Made by a program: the position numbers and the translations under genes
DNA from: the human T2T-CHM13v2.0 reference genome, Homo sapiens
Direction: 5' to 3' (one strand)
NCBI RefSeq assembly: GCF_009914755.1
Contig: NC_060939.1
Length of the DNA stretch: 64,000 nucleotides
Notes under the pieces: generated by a model
Told to the model about the DNA's origin: nothing
Seen by the model: the letters and a program-made list of their open reading frames with translations, nothing else
The model's database searches: none
Shown here: in pieces, positions 1 to 15,600 of the stretch
How the letters are laid out: each line of letters begins with the position of its first letter
Numbering within the stretch: the stretch's first letter is position 1

Positions 1-149
1 GATAAATATTTTTTAAAGCATAAATATTTAGAATGGTTCTCTCATAGCATATCCTGTACTTTTTTGTGTTTTCCAAACAGATAACCCCAAATCTATATTC
101 AAATAAACTTTTGCTTTTCACTCTCTTCCGATATGGAAGATTTTAAAGA

Positions 150-207
150 TGTGTGTGCGTGTGCGTGTGTGTGTGTGTGTGCGTGCGCGCACGTGTCTGT
201 GTGTGTG
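150..207. repeat. (TG/CG)n alternating purine-pyrimidine tract
   Basis: tgtgtgtgcgtgtgcgtgtgtgtgtgtgtgtgcgtgcgcgcacgtgt. Confidence 0.95.
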
Positions 208-527
208 GTGAGAAAGGAATTCCAGAATCAGTCCCAAAGACGCTAACTCTAATATTCCATATATTTTTATACTGCAATCATTCATTCTAAGCACTGGAAC
301 CATGGCTACTAATGATTTTTTTTCTGCTAATACCTTCAAGTCTTTCTAATATGCAATTGACTCCCAATACTCTGTGTGGGTAATTTGCTGTGAAATTTGG
401 CCTCATGGTCCACAATAGAGATATGAGAAGACTAAAGAGAGAGCTGGGGGCAGTTACTCTCTTCCAGGTTCCTGTTCTGGGGGTTCTAGGATCCATGCGA
501 CTTTTATCTTTGTATCTCAGCATTCTA

Positions 528-546
528 AGGTGCCCTCTTGTGGTGT
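528..546 (-). promoter_or_regulatory. Candidate CTCF motif (reverse orientation)
   Basis: Minus strand ACACCACAAGAGGGCACCT fits the core CCASYAGRKGGCRS except A at the Y position. Confidence 0.5.
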
Positions 547-1646
547 GGGGTAGGAAAAGAGCATCCTAAATGCAGCTGGCTGGAGACACAAATCCAGATC
601 AAGTTACTGTTGAACAGCCAACAAGAGAAACATGGTTGAACTCCAAGAATAATACTCAGATGCAGCATTCTGAAAGAATCATTGATATTCATATTTGACA
701 AGTCCTAACCACTCTTTTTTTTTTTTAAAAAAATAAGCAAATAAAATAAACGTACAACTTCTGGGGCTGTCTCATTTCCAAATAAAATTTACAAGGTGGA
801 ATTTTTGTAAACTGGTGCCTGTCATGGAGCTCCTGTTTCCTTTCAGTAAATGCGGCCAGTCAGGAGTCCTTAAACTGAAGAACAGGAAAGCCCTGATCAT
901 TCCAGATATCACTCAAGAAATCGGGACAGAGCGCTAGTTTAGGCCCCCAGGTCATATATTAGTACAATCAACACATGGGCAAGTTATTTCACTCACTTCT
1001 ATAGATGATAATCCCTAACCCCATTGCTCAGTTGTCAACACGTGAAAAACGTAAAGGGGTAGACAAACCTATCACCACCCTCATATAAAAAAACTAACGC
1101 ACATTCCTTACACCGAGGGAGCCCAGAGAAATTATCTTTGTACACCAAAGCTGAAATAATATAAACTTGGAAAGCAATAGGTTATGAAAACCCTATAAAT
1201 TTATGTTCAGGCTTCCAAACAATGTTCTTCTTCCACCCTTCTCCCCTCCCCAATAAACTGAGACATAAAGTCTGGGATTTGAGAATTACAGCTATGATCC
1301 TTGCCAAAGTGACCAAATTACAATCAATGCTGAAGGCTTTTGGCACCACAAAATTTCAACAGACTAGTATCTGCTGAACCATCACAACCCCCTTCCCCCA
1401 AAGTGTTTGGGGAATAGCCATTATCTCATTAATTCTTAAGAAATATCTATTAAAAAGACAGAGACAGAGAGGGAGACGGGGAGAGAGGAATCCTTTTACA
1501 TATCTTACAGAAGAGGAAACAAACAGAGATGATTTATAATTTAGTCAGATCATGGCATCTCAAAAAAGGAGGAATATTGGCAGATCATGCTGATTTTCAG
1601 AATGTCGTTGGGCAAGTTTAAAACACAATTGGAAAGTTTATCAGAG

Positions 1647-1652
<6 letters not shown>

Positions 1653-1682
<30 letters not shown>
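1653..1682. repeat. T30 homopolymer
   Basis: Direct count. Confidence 0.95.
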
Positions 1683-1685
<3 letters not shown>

Positions 1686-2907
1686 GGAACCAGGAGAAAG
1701 AATCACAGACAATGAAGGTGGATTTCTGGCTCCTTGTCAAGGTGCTGACCTACCTTGCTCAGGAACAAATGTCACTTAGAGACAGTGTAAATATGACATA
1801 TTGACAGGGGAAACTCTTTATCTTTCAGTGAAAAGAGACTATACAAACACGATATGTACTACTAGATGTCCGAATGTATCACTAACGGAAGTTGTGGGAT
1901 ACTTCCATGAATATCAACAAACAAGAATAATCTAGAGATTCCCATTTGCAAATAGTTTTAGGAATTGACACATTAATGCTTTAAGACCTTAAAAACCTTG
2001 GGAATCAAAGATGTTTAAGAATTTCTTTCCAAAGCTTTCACATTAGTTCATAAACTAAGAGATTAATGCAAAGAATACTTAACGTACTCTTATAATTTCA
2101 TATTATACTTATAATAACCATATTAAGGGGGTGTTATTCCCAATTTCGTAGAGAAGAAATCAGTGTGAGAAGGTTAAATGACTTTTTCTGAATGTTACGA
2201 AAGAAAAAAATAAGAGATAGTAGCAAGTGGTGGTGGTTCCATTGACAGCTGGTATCTTGAGCTCTGGTTCTTAATTTGGTTACTGCCATGTTTGTCGTGG
2301 CAGAGTGGTCTAGTATCACAAATGAGAATGGCACCTATCTAAGTATGCAATATAAATTTGTAATAATTAGTAATAAATTTATTTTATTATAGCTAATATT
2401 TTAAATGGAATTGATAAGGTCAAAGAAAAACACCAGCTCCAAATCTATATATGCCTTTTGCTGGAGTTACATAGAAAGCACATCTTTTTACTCAAAGATT
2501 TGGCTTCCTATTGGAAGACTCTGAAGAAAACCATGGATAATTACACAATGTAGGAAATACTTTGGATATGCAGAAGTGTGGCTATATTTTGTTGATGTTT
2601 TTAATAATGGCTACTCTCATTCATAAACTTCAAATAAATCACCCGAATAAAAGTTGATACTATCACCAAGGTGGCAAGTTACCATTTAAATAAAGGGGAA
2701 ATGCAGACACATGCTGATGAACAAGTGTTCATCATCATCAATGTCTTCCCAGTTAAAAGTGTACAAACCCCTACAAGTCACTTTATCTTTCTCGGTCTTA
2801 GTTTCTTATGTGCCATATGAGAGAAATAAGATGATGGGTAAGATTTCTTCTAATTCCTAGACTACATGATATTACAGAACAGGATCCCTGCCTAGTTTGA
2901 GAAGATA

Positions 2908-2943
2908 TACATACATACATACATACATACATACATACATACA
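2908..2943. repeat. (TACA)9 tetranucleotide STR
   Basis: Direct read. Confidence 0.95.
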
Positions 2944-3112
2944 TGCTTAAACAAGTGCCAGTGATATGAAATTTAAATACTATTTTAGTAGTTGAAGCTA
3001 GAAATTAGTATCTGAGTTCCACAGACTCTTGATCATTCTGTCCATTACTTCTGAAATACAAACGTGAAATGTGCTGAGGGATGAAGACCAGCTCTATTTA
3101 AGGGATATTCAT

Positions 3113-3415
3113 GGCTGGGTGCAGTGGCTCACGCCTGTAATCCCAGCACTTTGGGAGGCCAAGGCAGGTGGATCACCTGAGGTCAGGAGTTTGAGACTGG
3201 CCTGGACAATGTGGTGAAAGCCCGTCTCTACTAAAAATATAAAAATTAGCTGGGCGTGATGGTGGGTGCCTGTAATCGTAGCTACTTGGGAGGCTGAGGC
3301 AGGACAATCGGCTTGAACCTGGGTGGTGGGGGTTGCAGTGAGCCGAGATCACACCATTGCACTCCAGCCTGGGCGACAACAGTGAAACACTGTCTCAAAA
3401 AAAAAAAAAAAAAAA
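3113..3415 (+). mobile_element. AluS
   Basis: Full dimeric Alu with poly(A). Confidence 0.95.
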
Positions 3416-4534
3416 AGACATTCATATTCACGTTTCAATGCTGGCTGAAGCCCTATAGCCAAGATTCAGAATTCTGGATTTTGAAATCCAGTAATGTACC
3501 CAGCACTTTCTCTTGTTCAGTCATTATAAAAAGACCTATCTGGCAAGTATCCTCCTGGTCTTCTCATATGGGAACCATTCCATGATCCAGCTGAAGGAGT
3601 TGGCCTTCAATGCTGAAACTCCTCAGCTGCTCACCACCTCTAAAACCACTTTCATTTTCAAGAGGAAAGAAAACAAACATCTGACTCTCAGAAGAGACCA
3701 AGGGATCCATCTTGATGTTGGAAATCTGGCCACAGGCATGGAGCAAAGATTATAGGAGGCAGGTTTGGAGTTTTCTGGCATCAATTCAGCTTGCTATTTT
3801 CTTTAAAACTTAAAACCTCAGCTCTAAGGTAGGACACAAAGCTCACTGAAAACTCTAAGCTGCATATTACCACAAAGCTCAGTAGACCCAATTTTTTGCC
3901 TCCACTTACAGAGAAAAGCAAGCACTACACAAGTGCACGGATTCCATGGGGCAATGGCAACCACCCTGTTCAGAAAACTTAAAGAGTTTAAATGAAGTGT
4001 TATTTTCCCCCTCAGACAGAGAAACAAAATAAATGTTATCAAGTACTAACTGCCTTAAACTCCTTTGTTGAACAGGCAAACTATTATAAGAAAAGAAATA
4101 ATAAATGACCAAATGCTTTGATGTTTAAAAACAAATATTCATTCACCAAAACAGAAGTGAATAGTTCTATGAGTAAACAACATGTTTTCAAGCATCTGGA
4201 GAGAAACAAAAAGAGTAATAGCAATCTAAGAAGCAATAAAGAACAAAAGTAAATTTAATACGATCCTGCATAAGAAAGCATTCAGAGGAGATTCTGGTGA
4301 GTTCAGGCAAGCCTTCCTGAAAGAGGCAAACTGAAGTTGGCTTTGGAATATACAGATTTTCCTTTTGCCATTCAGGTAGAAACAAGTCTTCTGCTTCTAT
4401 AGATGGCATTTAAAAAGCCAGCCTGGCTACAAAGCAGGCTTACCTCCATCTCATATGAATCTAATTGCATGGGAATACATTCTATGTAAATCAGCTGACC
4501 TTTTTTTGCCCGGATTTGTCTGGAACTTACTATT

Positions 4535-4772
4535 TGTATTAATCCATTTTCGCACTGCTATAAAGATACTACCAACATGGCAGCAGGAGAGAGAGGGTGG
4601 GGTGAGAGCGGCACCAGAAACTTATGGAACAACCAAATCTCGTGAGAACTCACTCACTATCAGGAGAACAGAAAGGGAAATCCACCCCCATGATTTAATC
4701 GCCTCCCACCAGGTCCCTCCTAGACACGTGGGTACAATTTGACATGATATTTGGGTGGGGTCACAGAGCCAA
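4535..4772 (-). mobile_element. MST/THE1-type MaLR LTR with internal deletion
   Basis: 'tgtattaatccattttcgcactgctataaag...gagaactcactcactatc...cctcccaccaggtccc...ttgggtggggtcacag'. Confidence 0.8.
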
Positions 4773-5066
4773 TTTATTAGAAAAATTCAAATTGTTCCAT
4801 GCAATATAGCCTTTTAAAATTTTCCTTTAATACTTCTTTGGATATTTTTCTCAAGACAACACAATTACAGTGACCTTGAGAAACATTTTGATCATGATTT
4901 TTATCCGTAATTGAAGTCAGTGGGAAAATCTGATTTGATTAACAGAAAACTGAATTCAGACATTTTCCTTTTTTCCCCTGTAATTTGCAGCTAATTTCAT
5001 AATCATTACATTACTTGAGAAATGAACTGATGATGAACCCCATGATGTAATTTAACAAGGAAACGT

Positions 5067-5371
<305 letters not shown>

Positions 5372-5441
5372 GGCAGGGTTGATGGTATCATTCAATATTA
5401 CATACTTTTCAAAACACTGCCTCAAACCTGCTTAGATGTGA

Positions 5442-5785
<344 letters not shown>

Positions 5786-6522
5786 TGTAATCCTTTTTTA
5801 TAGAGAAGGGAAAATACGACAAGGAAGACAACCAGCCCAAGCTCACATAGCAAGTCAATAGCAACACAGAGTACTATACTTTTTCCTCAACACCATTTCT
5901 GCTACTATTAAAAATAAGAAAAACTAACCAACCAAACAAAAACCCACTAAAACAGGGAAATGGTAGCCGTAGTAGTAACAGTAGCAAAAACAAGAGCAGC
6001 TGTCATATGTTGAGCACTGACAGTGAGCCAGGCACTATGCTGAGCCTGATACATGGATTACCCCATTGAATAATTACTTAGAGAACATTATGAGCAGATA
6101 TCATCTCAGGCTATGGTGCAGGGACCCAGACACAGAGAGTGAAAGGACCTAGTACCGTTGCCTCAGATCTCACAGTCAATGTGTGGCAGAGGTGTGATTC
6201 GTCCTCATGGTTGTCTCTGACTGCCTGACAGTCCTAAACTCATTCTCTTACAGAAAGCTGGTGCCTCTCAAGTTTTTGAGTCCTTGAGTCACTACTCAGA
6301 AGCCACCGTCATAATGAGGTCTACCCTGAACACCCCATTTAAAATTGCAGACCTCACCCCCACCCTACTAAAGTCGACCCTCCTTCCCCTGCACTACTAT
6401 GTGATTGACAGGGTTTATGTTTAGTGTTTGTTAATATAAGCTCCACAGGGCAAGGATTTATTATTATTATTATTATTATTATTTTACTTTTATTTTTTGC
6501 CCTCAACACATACCAATGCTTA

Positions 6523-7960
<1,438 letters not shown>

Positions 7961-8275
7961 CCTGGAACAAATGCCTAGCATGGTAAACCCCTAGGAAATA
8001 CTTGTTAAATGAATGAATTTATAAATAAAACCTATTTTCCATATAACCTGTAGACTACTTTCACTAACTACAAATTAAATTTTATTTTTATTTCAACAGA
8101 ATTAATGGCTGAAAAAGTCCAGATTAAATTTTGAAAATTCAGAAGATATGGCCAAAATAGCAGGCACAGATTTCATGAACTATTGGCTCCCTTTGCCATC
8201 TGCCACTCAAAACCTTCTGAAACATTTCATGAAACCAGGGAAAGCACCAACAGCATGTAATGAATTCCTATGAAT

Positions 8276-8366
8276 CACACACACACACACACACACACAG
8301 AATATGTAATAAATTCCTATGATACACACACATATATGTATAGGTATGTGTGTGTGTGTATATACG

Positions 8367-8414
<48 letters not shown>
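8276..8414. repeat. Compound (CA)n/(TG)n/(TA)n microsatellite
   Basis: CA runs at about 8277-8299 and 8369-8408 flank a TG run at about 8347-8359. Confidence 0.95.
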
Positions 8415-8415
<1 letters not shown>

Positions 8416-8466
8416 CCATTTCCCTGTATAATATATAATTACAGCTTTGCCATAATCACTCAGTAC

Positions 8467-8617
8467 CTTTTTGACCTTGTTTTTCTTCTCATAAGTCTCT
8501 GACAGAGGTTTTTTCTTCTGTTGAGTTGTGTCTTTGGAGAATAAATACTCAAATTCACTGGGGTCCCGAATGTCAGGTTCTTCTAAGGAGTCCCATAAGG
8601 TTGGTGTAGCATTTTGG
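8467..8617 (-). CDS. FMN1: FMN1 coding exon, 151 nt (FH2 lasso/linker)
   Basis: ttttctcttttaag|CCAAAATGCT...GTCAAAAAG|gtactg. AG+C completes Ser, followed by 50 codons [15 protein letters not shown]...KNKVKK. Phase 0 out. Confidence 0.96.
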
Positions 8618-9475
8618 CTTAAAAGAGAAAATGACAAGTTAACCATAAGAACCAAAACAGGAAGGAATGTAATACAATGAAATCTTTCTCTAATCCATTT
8701 TTTAATTTCATTTTTCTAAAAAAACACATAAAACTCTAATAATGCTTGGAGAAAAGCTTTTTATGTTACGCATTTGTTAAAGTCAAAATATACTATAGAA
8801 CATTAAAACACACACAGACGTATTTCCAAAAAAGTAATTGTCATTAGCTACGATCAAAGATAGAGCTCTACAGAAACTCCTTAGGACTAGAAATCCTGGG
8901 ATTCGGATTCCTGGGGGCACCCAAGCTGCTCCTCCCTCAGCCTGTGGCATTTCCATGATGTGTAAAAATGGGCATCATATAAAGGCTGAGAAGATAACCA
9001 ATTTGAGACTGTGACAGGCTAATTCTGAAGGAGACTGAAAATGGAGTACCGAAGTAAAGACCTGCCTCCTCTTTGGACTTTTTCAACTACTTTTAAATAC
9101 AGTTTTTAGGATTCATGCAGGTAAACTCAGTGCAGCGTCCTTAATATGTAAACAGGCTGTGCCTATTTTAAAATACATGATTCATAGTATCTCAGTCCCC
9201 TAAACAATACTAACAACAAAAACCAACCAAAAACCTCCTCCATTGCACCTCATGGGATATCATCTAAAGTAGCCATAGGGAAACTGGGCTGTTTCATCTT
9301 CCAGAAACAGGGGCACCCTAGTTTTGAAGGGAAGAAAAGCTCTTGAGAATCAGGCGTAACAGAACAGCCTCCGTGAGCTGACTCCAGTGGTCACTCCTCA
9401 GGGTTCCCTCAGTCAGAACACATCTCCCAAATGTTTACTTTCTTATCTTAATTTCAAACACTATTAATGTTTACT

Positions 9476-9801
<326 letters not shown>

Positions 9802-12800
9802 TCATCTATATACTTATTGTTTATCAAACATAGGTATATGTTACAATCCATAACATCTAAAAGTATATAGCTTTATTTCCATACCTATTTTCTCAATGAA
9901 AACTAAAAAGATAACTATTATTACATGGAATGGTCCACAGAATTTTGTAATACTACAGGTGATTTTGGTATTTAAAACAGTTGGCAGCCCTGGCTCCTCA
10001 GGTCTGCGTGTTCACACTTTGCAATAGATCTGCCTTTCCCATGATATATGACATTTTGGTTTTGGCCACATTCACCTCTTCTCTCCTCTACTTTTTATTT
10101 TTTAAATTATGATTTCGCCAATAGTTGAACCATGTAATAGTATGACATATGGAAGTTATAAAGTATAACAATAGAATGAACACCTGGGAAACCATTACCC
10201 AACCCAAGGGCTAGAACATTTCCAGTGAAGTACATCCATGTATGTGTTCCTCTCTCAGCCATACCCCTCTGCTACTCACTTAACTTCAACTTGAAGCATA
10301 AGCACCACGGATGTTAAGTGCTTATCTCTGTGGTGCTGGGGGAGACGGGGGAGAAGTAGGATCTTGAAGAAGGAAGTCAGCTGGGAATTCTGGAGTGAGC
10401 ATGCGGCATGTTAAGGGCCACTGGTCTGGGCCTTGGGAAGGTTCTGGGCAGCTAAGGGGTGACGTCTAGAGTGAAGTGATGCAGAGTGTCAGGCCAACTG
10501 CTCAGCCCCATCCCCACTTCCTGCACCTGCTTGGCTCTAGCCCCACGGACTCTGAGGTCAGGCCAGTGTAACTAGTATTATAATTCACTTATATTCTGGA
10601 GTAAATTGGCTTTGGGAGTCAACCGTGATCAGTTTAAGCACCTGATCACCATTTACAACACTATTTCTATGGGAAAGGTATTTCCAATACTGAATGAAAG
10701 AATTTTGGAACACTGCCTCTCAGTGATTTTGGGACAGCCAGCATTTGGTAGGGCAATAATAAGGACGTGCTTCCCAACGAATGACCTGCCATGGTGGTCA
10801 ACTGACCACTGAACATACAATTCTAGCTCAAAAGGAAGGCAGGGGGAGAGAGAGAGAAAGAGGAGGAGGAAAATGAGAAACTTACTAAGAAGCTGAAAAG
10901 GTAGTTAGATGAGGATTTATTTTTCCTTAAGTGTCTCTTGCTTATTCTAGAAATCACGAAAGAGACACCCAAGAAGGCAAAACGTCAAAAGAAAAAAAAT
11001 CAGTTCATACCAGGAGTCAAAAGCAATTTAGGTAGATGAGAGGCAGTGTACACATAATGCTGAAAATTCACATTTTGTTTCTGGCTTCCCAGAAGAGCAA
11101 GACCAACATTTATGATGCAATCATTATATAAACTACTTACTCCTCTAGTTGCACAAAATATTAAAATATGATTTTGCCTCCTTTATGAGAAGGTATCCCA
11201 AATAATTGCACTTTTGCTCCTAAGCAAATACTCCACAGGCTCTTTGAGTCATTTTCATTTAAAAGCAGTAGTGCTAATAGGTACAAAAAGTTGGAGGGAC
11301 CCATAATAAAAGAACTTGAATATGTGGTACCACCAGGAAGTGCCCGTGTTGCAGTCTTAACACATCATAGAGGGGCAGCCCCCCGTGTTATGTTTCAGGT
11401 TCAAATGCGCACCAAGCAGGGCTCTCTTGATGTCCTATTCATCTACTTTTCATTTTGCTCAAAAGTAAAGCCCTAGATTTATGATGAAACCAGTGAGACC
11501 TTCAGTATTCAATTGCTTTTCTTCTCAAAACGGCCAACTAAATGAGGAGGAAACAATGTAGACAATGATTGTCTCCAGCTTTCCCTTGGTCGTGGGTGAA
11601 GGGCCCACATCTCCCAGTGGGACTCTTTGATGGCTGCTGTGGTCCACAGTTACCTGTTGCTCATGAAGTCTCTCAGGGAAGGAAGTGAAGGCAGGCTAGT
11701 GGGACACAGGTGTGGAACAGCTCCCCGTGCTGTCGGACACACTCGTCCAGGGCTTACAGGTGGGAGCTATTGCCCTGGAATGGCTGTGCACTAATTTGAG
11801 AACACTAATACAGAAACATGACTCAAAATAAATATTCTGGGAAATGATTTTTTAGGAAATGTCTGAGTCTTTATTGGGAAAAAGGGAATACTAGTACTTT
11901 AGTTAATGGCAGAAGCTATTACAGGATCATCTCACTTTTTTATGAACCATTCATTTGGGAAATTACAAAGTATAATTGAATTTTGTAAAAAAGAAGTATC
12001 AGGATGTTCCAAAAACAAACTCTTGGCCCTTATTTTTTGGTGAGAGGAAAGGGGAAAATATGAAGCACATATGCTTAGTTTTAGGGTATTCCCCACTCCT
12101 CCACAGGGATTTCTGGTTGTTTTATCATTGTGAGTTGTGTGTTATTTTGTTTCATATCCTGCCTTGCCTAAGCAAAGTGTTATATAAATTGAAGAATGCA
12201 TTACCACATGACTTGGGAAAAGCTGTAAAATGTGTCCTATATTTGCTGTCCTTTACAAACAAACTTTAAAGGAGAAAGTGGTCAAGAGACAACTTAAGAT
12301 CTCTTTCACTGTCCTCCTTCCAGGCTCAGAAATAAGGCAGAACAAATCACACTCAAATCTGTTTGAATGGATGTTTCCAAGCAACTATATCTTGCTGCTT
12401 TACAAACCCAGCTTAACAATCTATACAAATGGAAGATGCTTTCAGCTATCCACATACTGACACTTTCTCTGAAGGGCATCAAGACATAAAGGAAGATGTG
12501 AGAGTACTTAGCAGTTAAAAGAAACAGAGTTCAAGCAGAGAGAGTTTGTATTTTAAGACTCTCCTCTGATCTAAAGAACTAATAACTTAGCCATGTCTCA
12601 TTCTTTTAATAAAAACTGAAGAACACCCATTTCTGTTAAATATCTAGATTATAGGGTTGATTATAGTATTTAAAAACAAGACAGTAAAAAGAATTCTAAA
12701 AATCCTCAGTGAACCTACAGTATGGAAATCAGGTTCAATTCTTTATGATTACTAATCAATTGTAGTGATGTTGGGGAAAGCTTTGGCTTAGATCCGGACT

Positions 12801-13073
12801 CTTGTCTAGTCTGTAAAATGGAACATTTGCCTTGGAAAAAAATCTGACACTGAAACACACGGTTTCTCCCAGCATCTTCAGAGAATACAGAGAGGCCCTG
12901 ATGGAGACAGACAATCTCCCCAAACATCCCAACATTGTTTATCCAAGCATTCACTGTATCACACTTGATAATGGGTGCTACACTATGGAGATATTGACCC
13001 GGTAAGAATAAAATATCACTTGGGCCAAATCCTAGGAATTCACATGCTGAGAATGGGATAGGGGAGAACTTAC

Positions 13074-13837
13074 CTCCTATCACTTATTTGTATCCTAGTC
13101 CAATATAAAGGCTTCATGGGACAACTGGGCTTGATGGCTGGTTTTCGAGGACATTGACTGGAAGAAGAGCCAAGTCCAAAGAAGAGTCCAGGGGGAGGTG
13201 GGGGTGCAAGTCCTGGGGGTGGTGGAGCAGGAGGAGGCCCTCCAGGGTTGGGTGGGGCAGGGGAGTTAGGAAGTGGGGGTGGGGGTGGGGGTGGTGGAGG
13301 TCCAGCACTTGAAGGTGGAGGTAGAGGTGGCGGTGGAGGAGGCGGAGGTGGTAGCGGTGGCCCAGCACTCACAGGTGGCATTGGAGGTGCAGGAGACAAA
13401 GATCCAAGTCCTGAGGGGAGGGGCGGAGGGGGAGGGATGGATGCGGGAGGCGGAGGCAATGCCTTCTGCTGATTTGATGCCATGCCCTCCATTGGCTGGA
13501 GTGCTGCATGGATGTCTTTGTGGTCATTTGGGGGTGAGAGCTGGCTTAAAGAGGAGATATTCAGCTTTTTGGGTACTAATTGATTACTTCTGGTTGTCTT
13601 GCTTTCACTTTCACAGGGCTTGAGGAAGGTCTCTCTGTCTGTCTGGACGCACACATTTCTGAAGGTCTTTGGAGGGCAGTCATCATCGGTGGAAATGCAC
13701 ACATCTTTCCTCTCTTCACAACCCCCTCGCCATCTGTGTTCTAGCTCGTGTTTCAGATTTTCAATGGTTTCTTCTAGTCTCGCTGTTATCATTGCATGCT
13801 CGCCCCGGATATGAAATGCCCGAAGTTCAAACTGTGC
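13074..13837 (-). CDS. FMN1: FMN1 coding exon, 764 nt (FH1 poly-proline domain and FH2 start)
   Basis: ttttcctatag|GCACAGTTT...GATAGGAG|gtaagt. Contains ORF 13070-13792 (MITARLEE...PPPP...[10 protein letters not shown]). Phase 0 in, phase 2 out. Confidence 0.97.
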
Positions 13838-15354
13838 CTATAGGAAAATTCAGAGGGAAAGAAAGTAATGAGTTTATTAAGAACAAACTTAAGAATTTAG
13901 AAACTCAATAATACCATCATGGTGCCACTGTAGCATGGCCCACATAAATGCAGGGAAATACAGAGACATTCTTTTAAGAATCCATAAAGGTGTAAATTGC
14001 ACTCTGAATTTTCCAGGGACCTAAACAGGCAGGAGTCAAAGCACAATTTCAACCAGCCTGAGCTCACGGGAGATAATTTTCATGGATTAAGGCTTAAAGT
14101 ACATCTATTACTTAAGAACTCTTACCCAATTTGCATATCAAACACAAAACTTTTAACAAAGTTTTGGACATGCTTGAATATCTATCTGTTTTACAACTTT
14201 TCGGGTTGGTTTCAAAAAAGAAAACTATAAAGAAAAAAATAGGTTTAGAGCTCCTCTGGCTTAGAGCTGTTCTCCCAGTCTTCCAGAATGTCTCTTTCAC
14301 TGAGTTTCCAGGACAATACAGCAGACACAGAAAGCAAGGGAAGAAGCCACGATAACTTACTTTTTTAAAGTTTCCTTATAAAAGCAGCCCAAGATCAGTA
14401 TTTGTGTCTGTTTCATAATATAGCAATAAATAAGGAACAGAGAACATAAATAATGAAGATATTATAGTATGCCATTTTCTTCTATTTACACAGCACTTTA
14501 AAGTATATAAGACAGTAGTAGCCTTTTTAATGCTTATTGCCTCAGTTATTTTAATGCACTGAGTCTGTAATTGTACACTTATTAGCACAGAGCTAGTGTA
14601 CTCGCAGTCATTAACCAGCCCGTTCCTCAGCATTCAAAGCTATTCATCCTATTACAGTTAATTGGAAAGCAAATTTAGAATTTTATTAGAGTTTTCAAAA
14701 TCCAGTTTAACAGTAATTAAATATTTTTTGTCAATTTATTTAATTTCTGCCTCCCCCATGAGATTATAAACTCCACAAGATGAAACTGGTGACAGTATTG
14801 TCTTTCTATCTGTATCCCAGCAGGTAGCCCAGGAAGTACATACCTCAGCAGCAATGGATGGATAAAAATCACTGGGATAGTTATATTCACTGTCATTGTC
14901 ACTGTCCCAAGAGCCTCCCTTATCAAGACTCTCTTCACTATAATTTCAGCACAAATATCTAGAACACCTAAAGCATGCACAAGTACAGCTCCCTTTTGCA
15001 TTGAAAAAGTAAAGAAATATTTTAACAGCCTTGGAGGGAAAGGTATACACACAGGAAGCTCATCTACCTTCATTGAGATAACTTTTATACTATGATGTTT
15101 GCATAGTTCAGCAGATTGAATTATGAAGAGATCTACCATTTGTCTGGTGTTAAAAAAAAAAAAAGATAACTTTTAACTATTTTTTACTAGGTTCAACTTT
15201 TCTCTAATATTCATTCTCAAGAGCAAACCCCTAAAGGGCTATAGTCAGGAGAACTGAAAGGCGAAGTTTTTCGAAGGCTCATCTTCTCATATGTGGACAC
15301 GGTCTGAGCCAACTCTGAGGGAAGGGGCTAGCTCTGGACACCGTCTATTTCTCG

Positions 15355-15600
15355 TGCAGTGCAGAGCGCTGAGTGCCGAGTTTGGACTCACACCACCTGG
15401 TTCACGTCTTGGCTTAGGCACTTGCGAGTTCTATGACCTCAGACAGGGAACGCTGTGTCCCTAAGCCTGAGTATCTTCAAGTGTAAAGTATAAATAATAG
15501 CCATCTCTAGGACTTTTATAAAAGTAAAATGAGATACTTCATATAAAATAGTAGGCATTATGCCTGGAACACAGAAACGTTTGGATAAATCTTACTGTTA
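15355..15600. mobile_element. MIR
   Basis: Core 'ctatgacctcagacag...cctgagtatcttcaagtgtaaagt...ataatag'. Confidence 0.6.

Noticed and set aside
1653-1686. T30-ACAG strong acceptor-like site
   Set aside because: Antisense to FMN1 with no convincing downstream donor; on the FMN1 strand it is more likely an oligo-dT mispriming site.
13114-13911. Overlapping Gly-, Val- or His-rich ORFs in other frames of the FH1 exon
   Set aside because: Shadow frames of low-complexity proline codons; no independent evidence.
14717-15139. 140-aa minus-strand ORF and other 60-150 aa intronic or Alu-derived ORFs
   Set aside because: Non-ATG starts or repeat-derived translations; no homology recognised.
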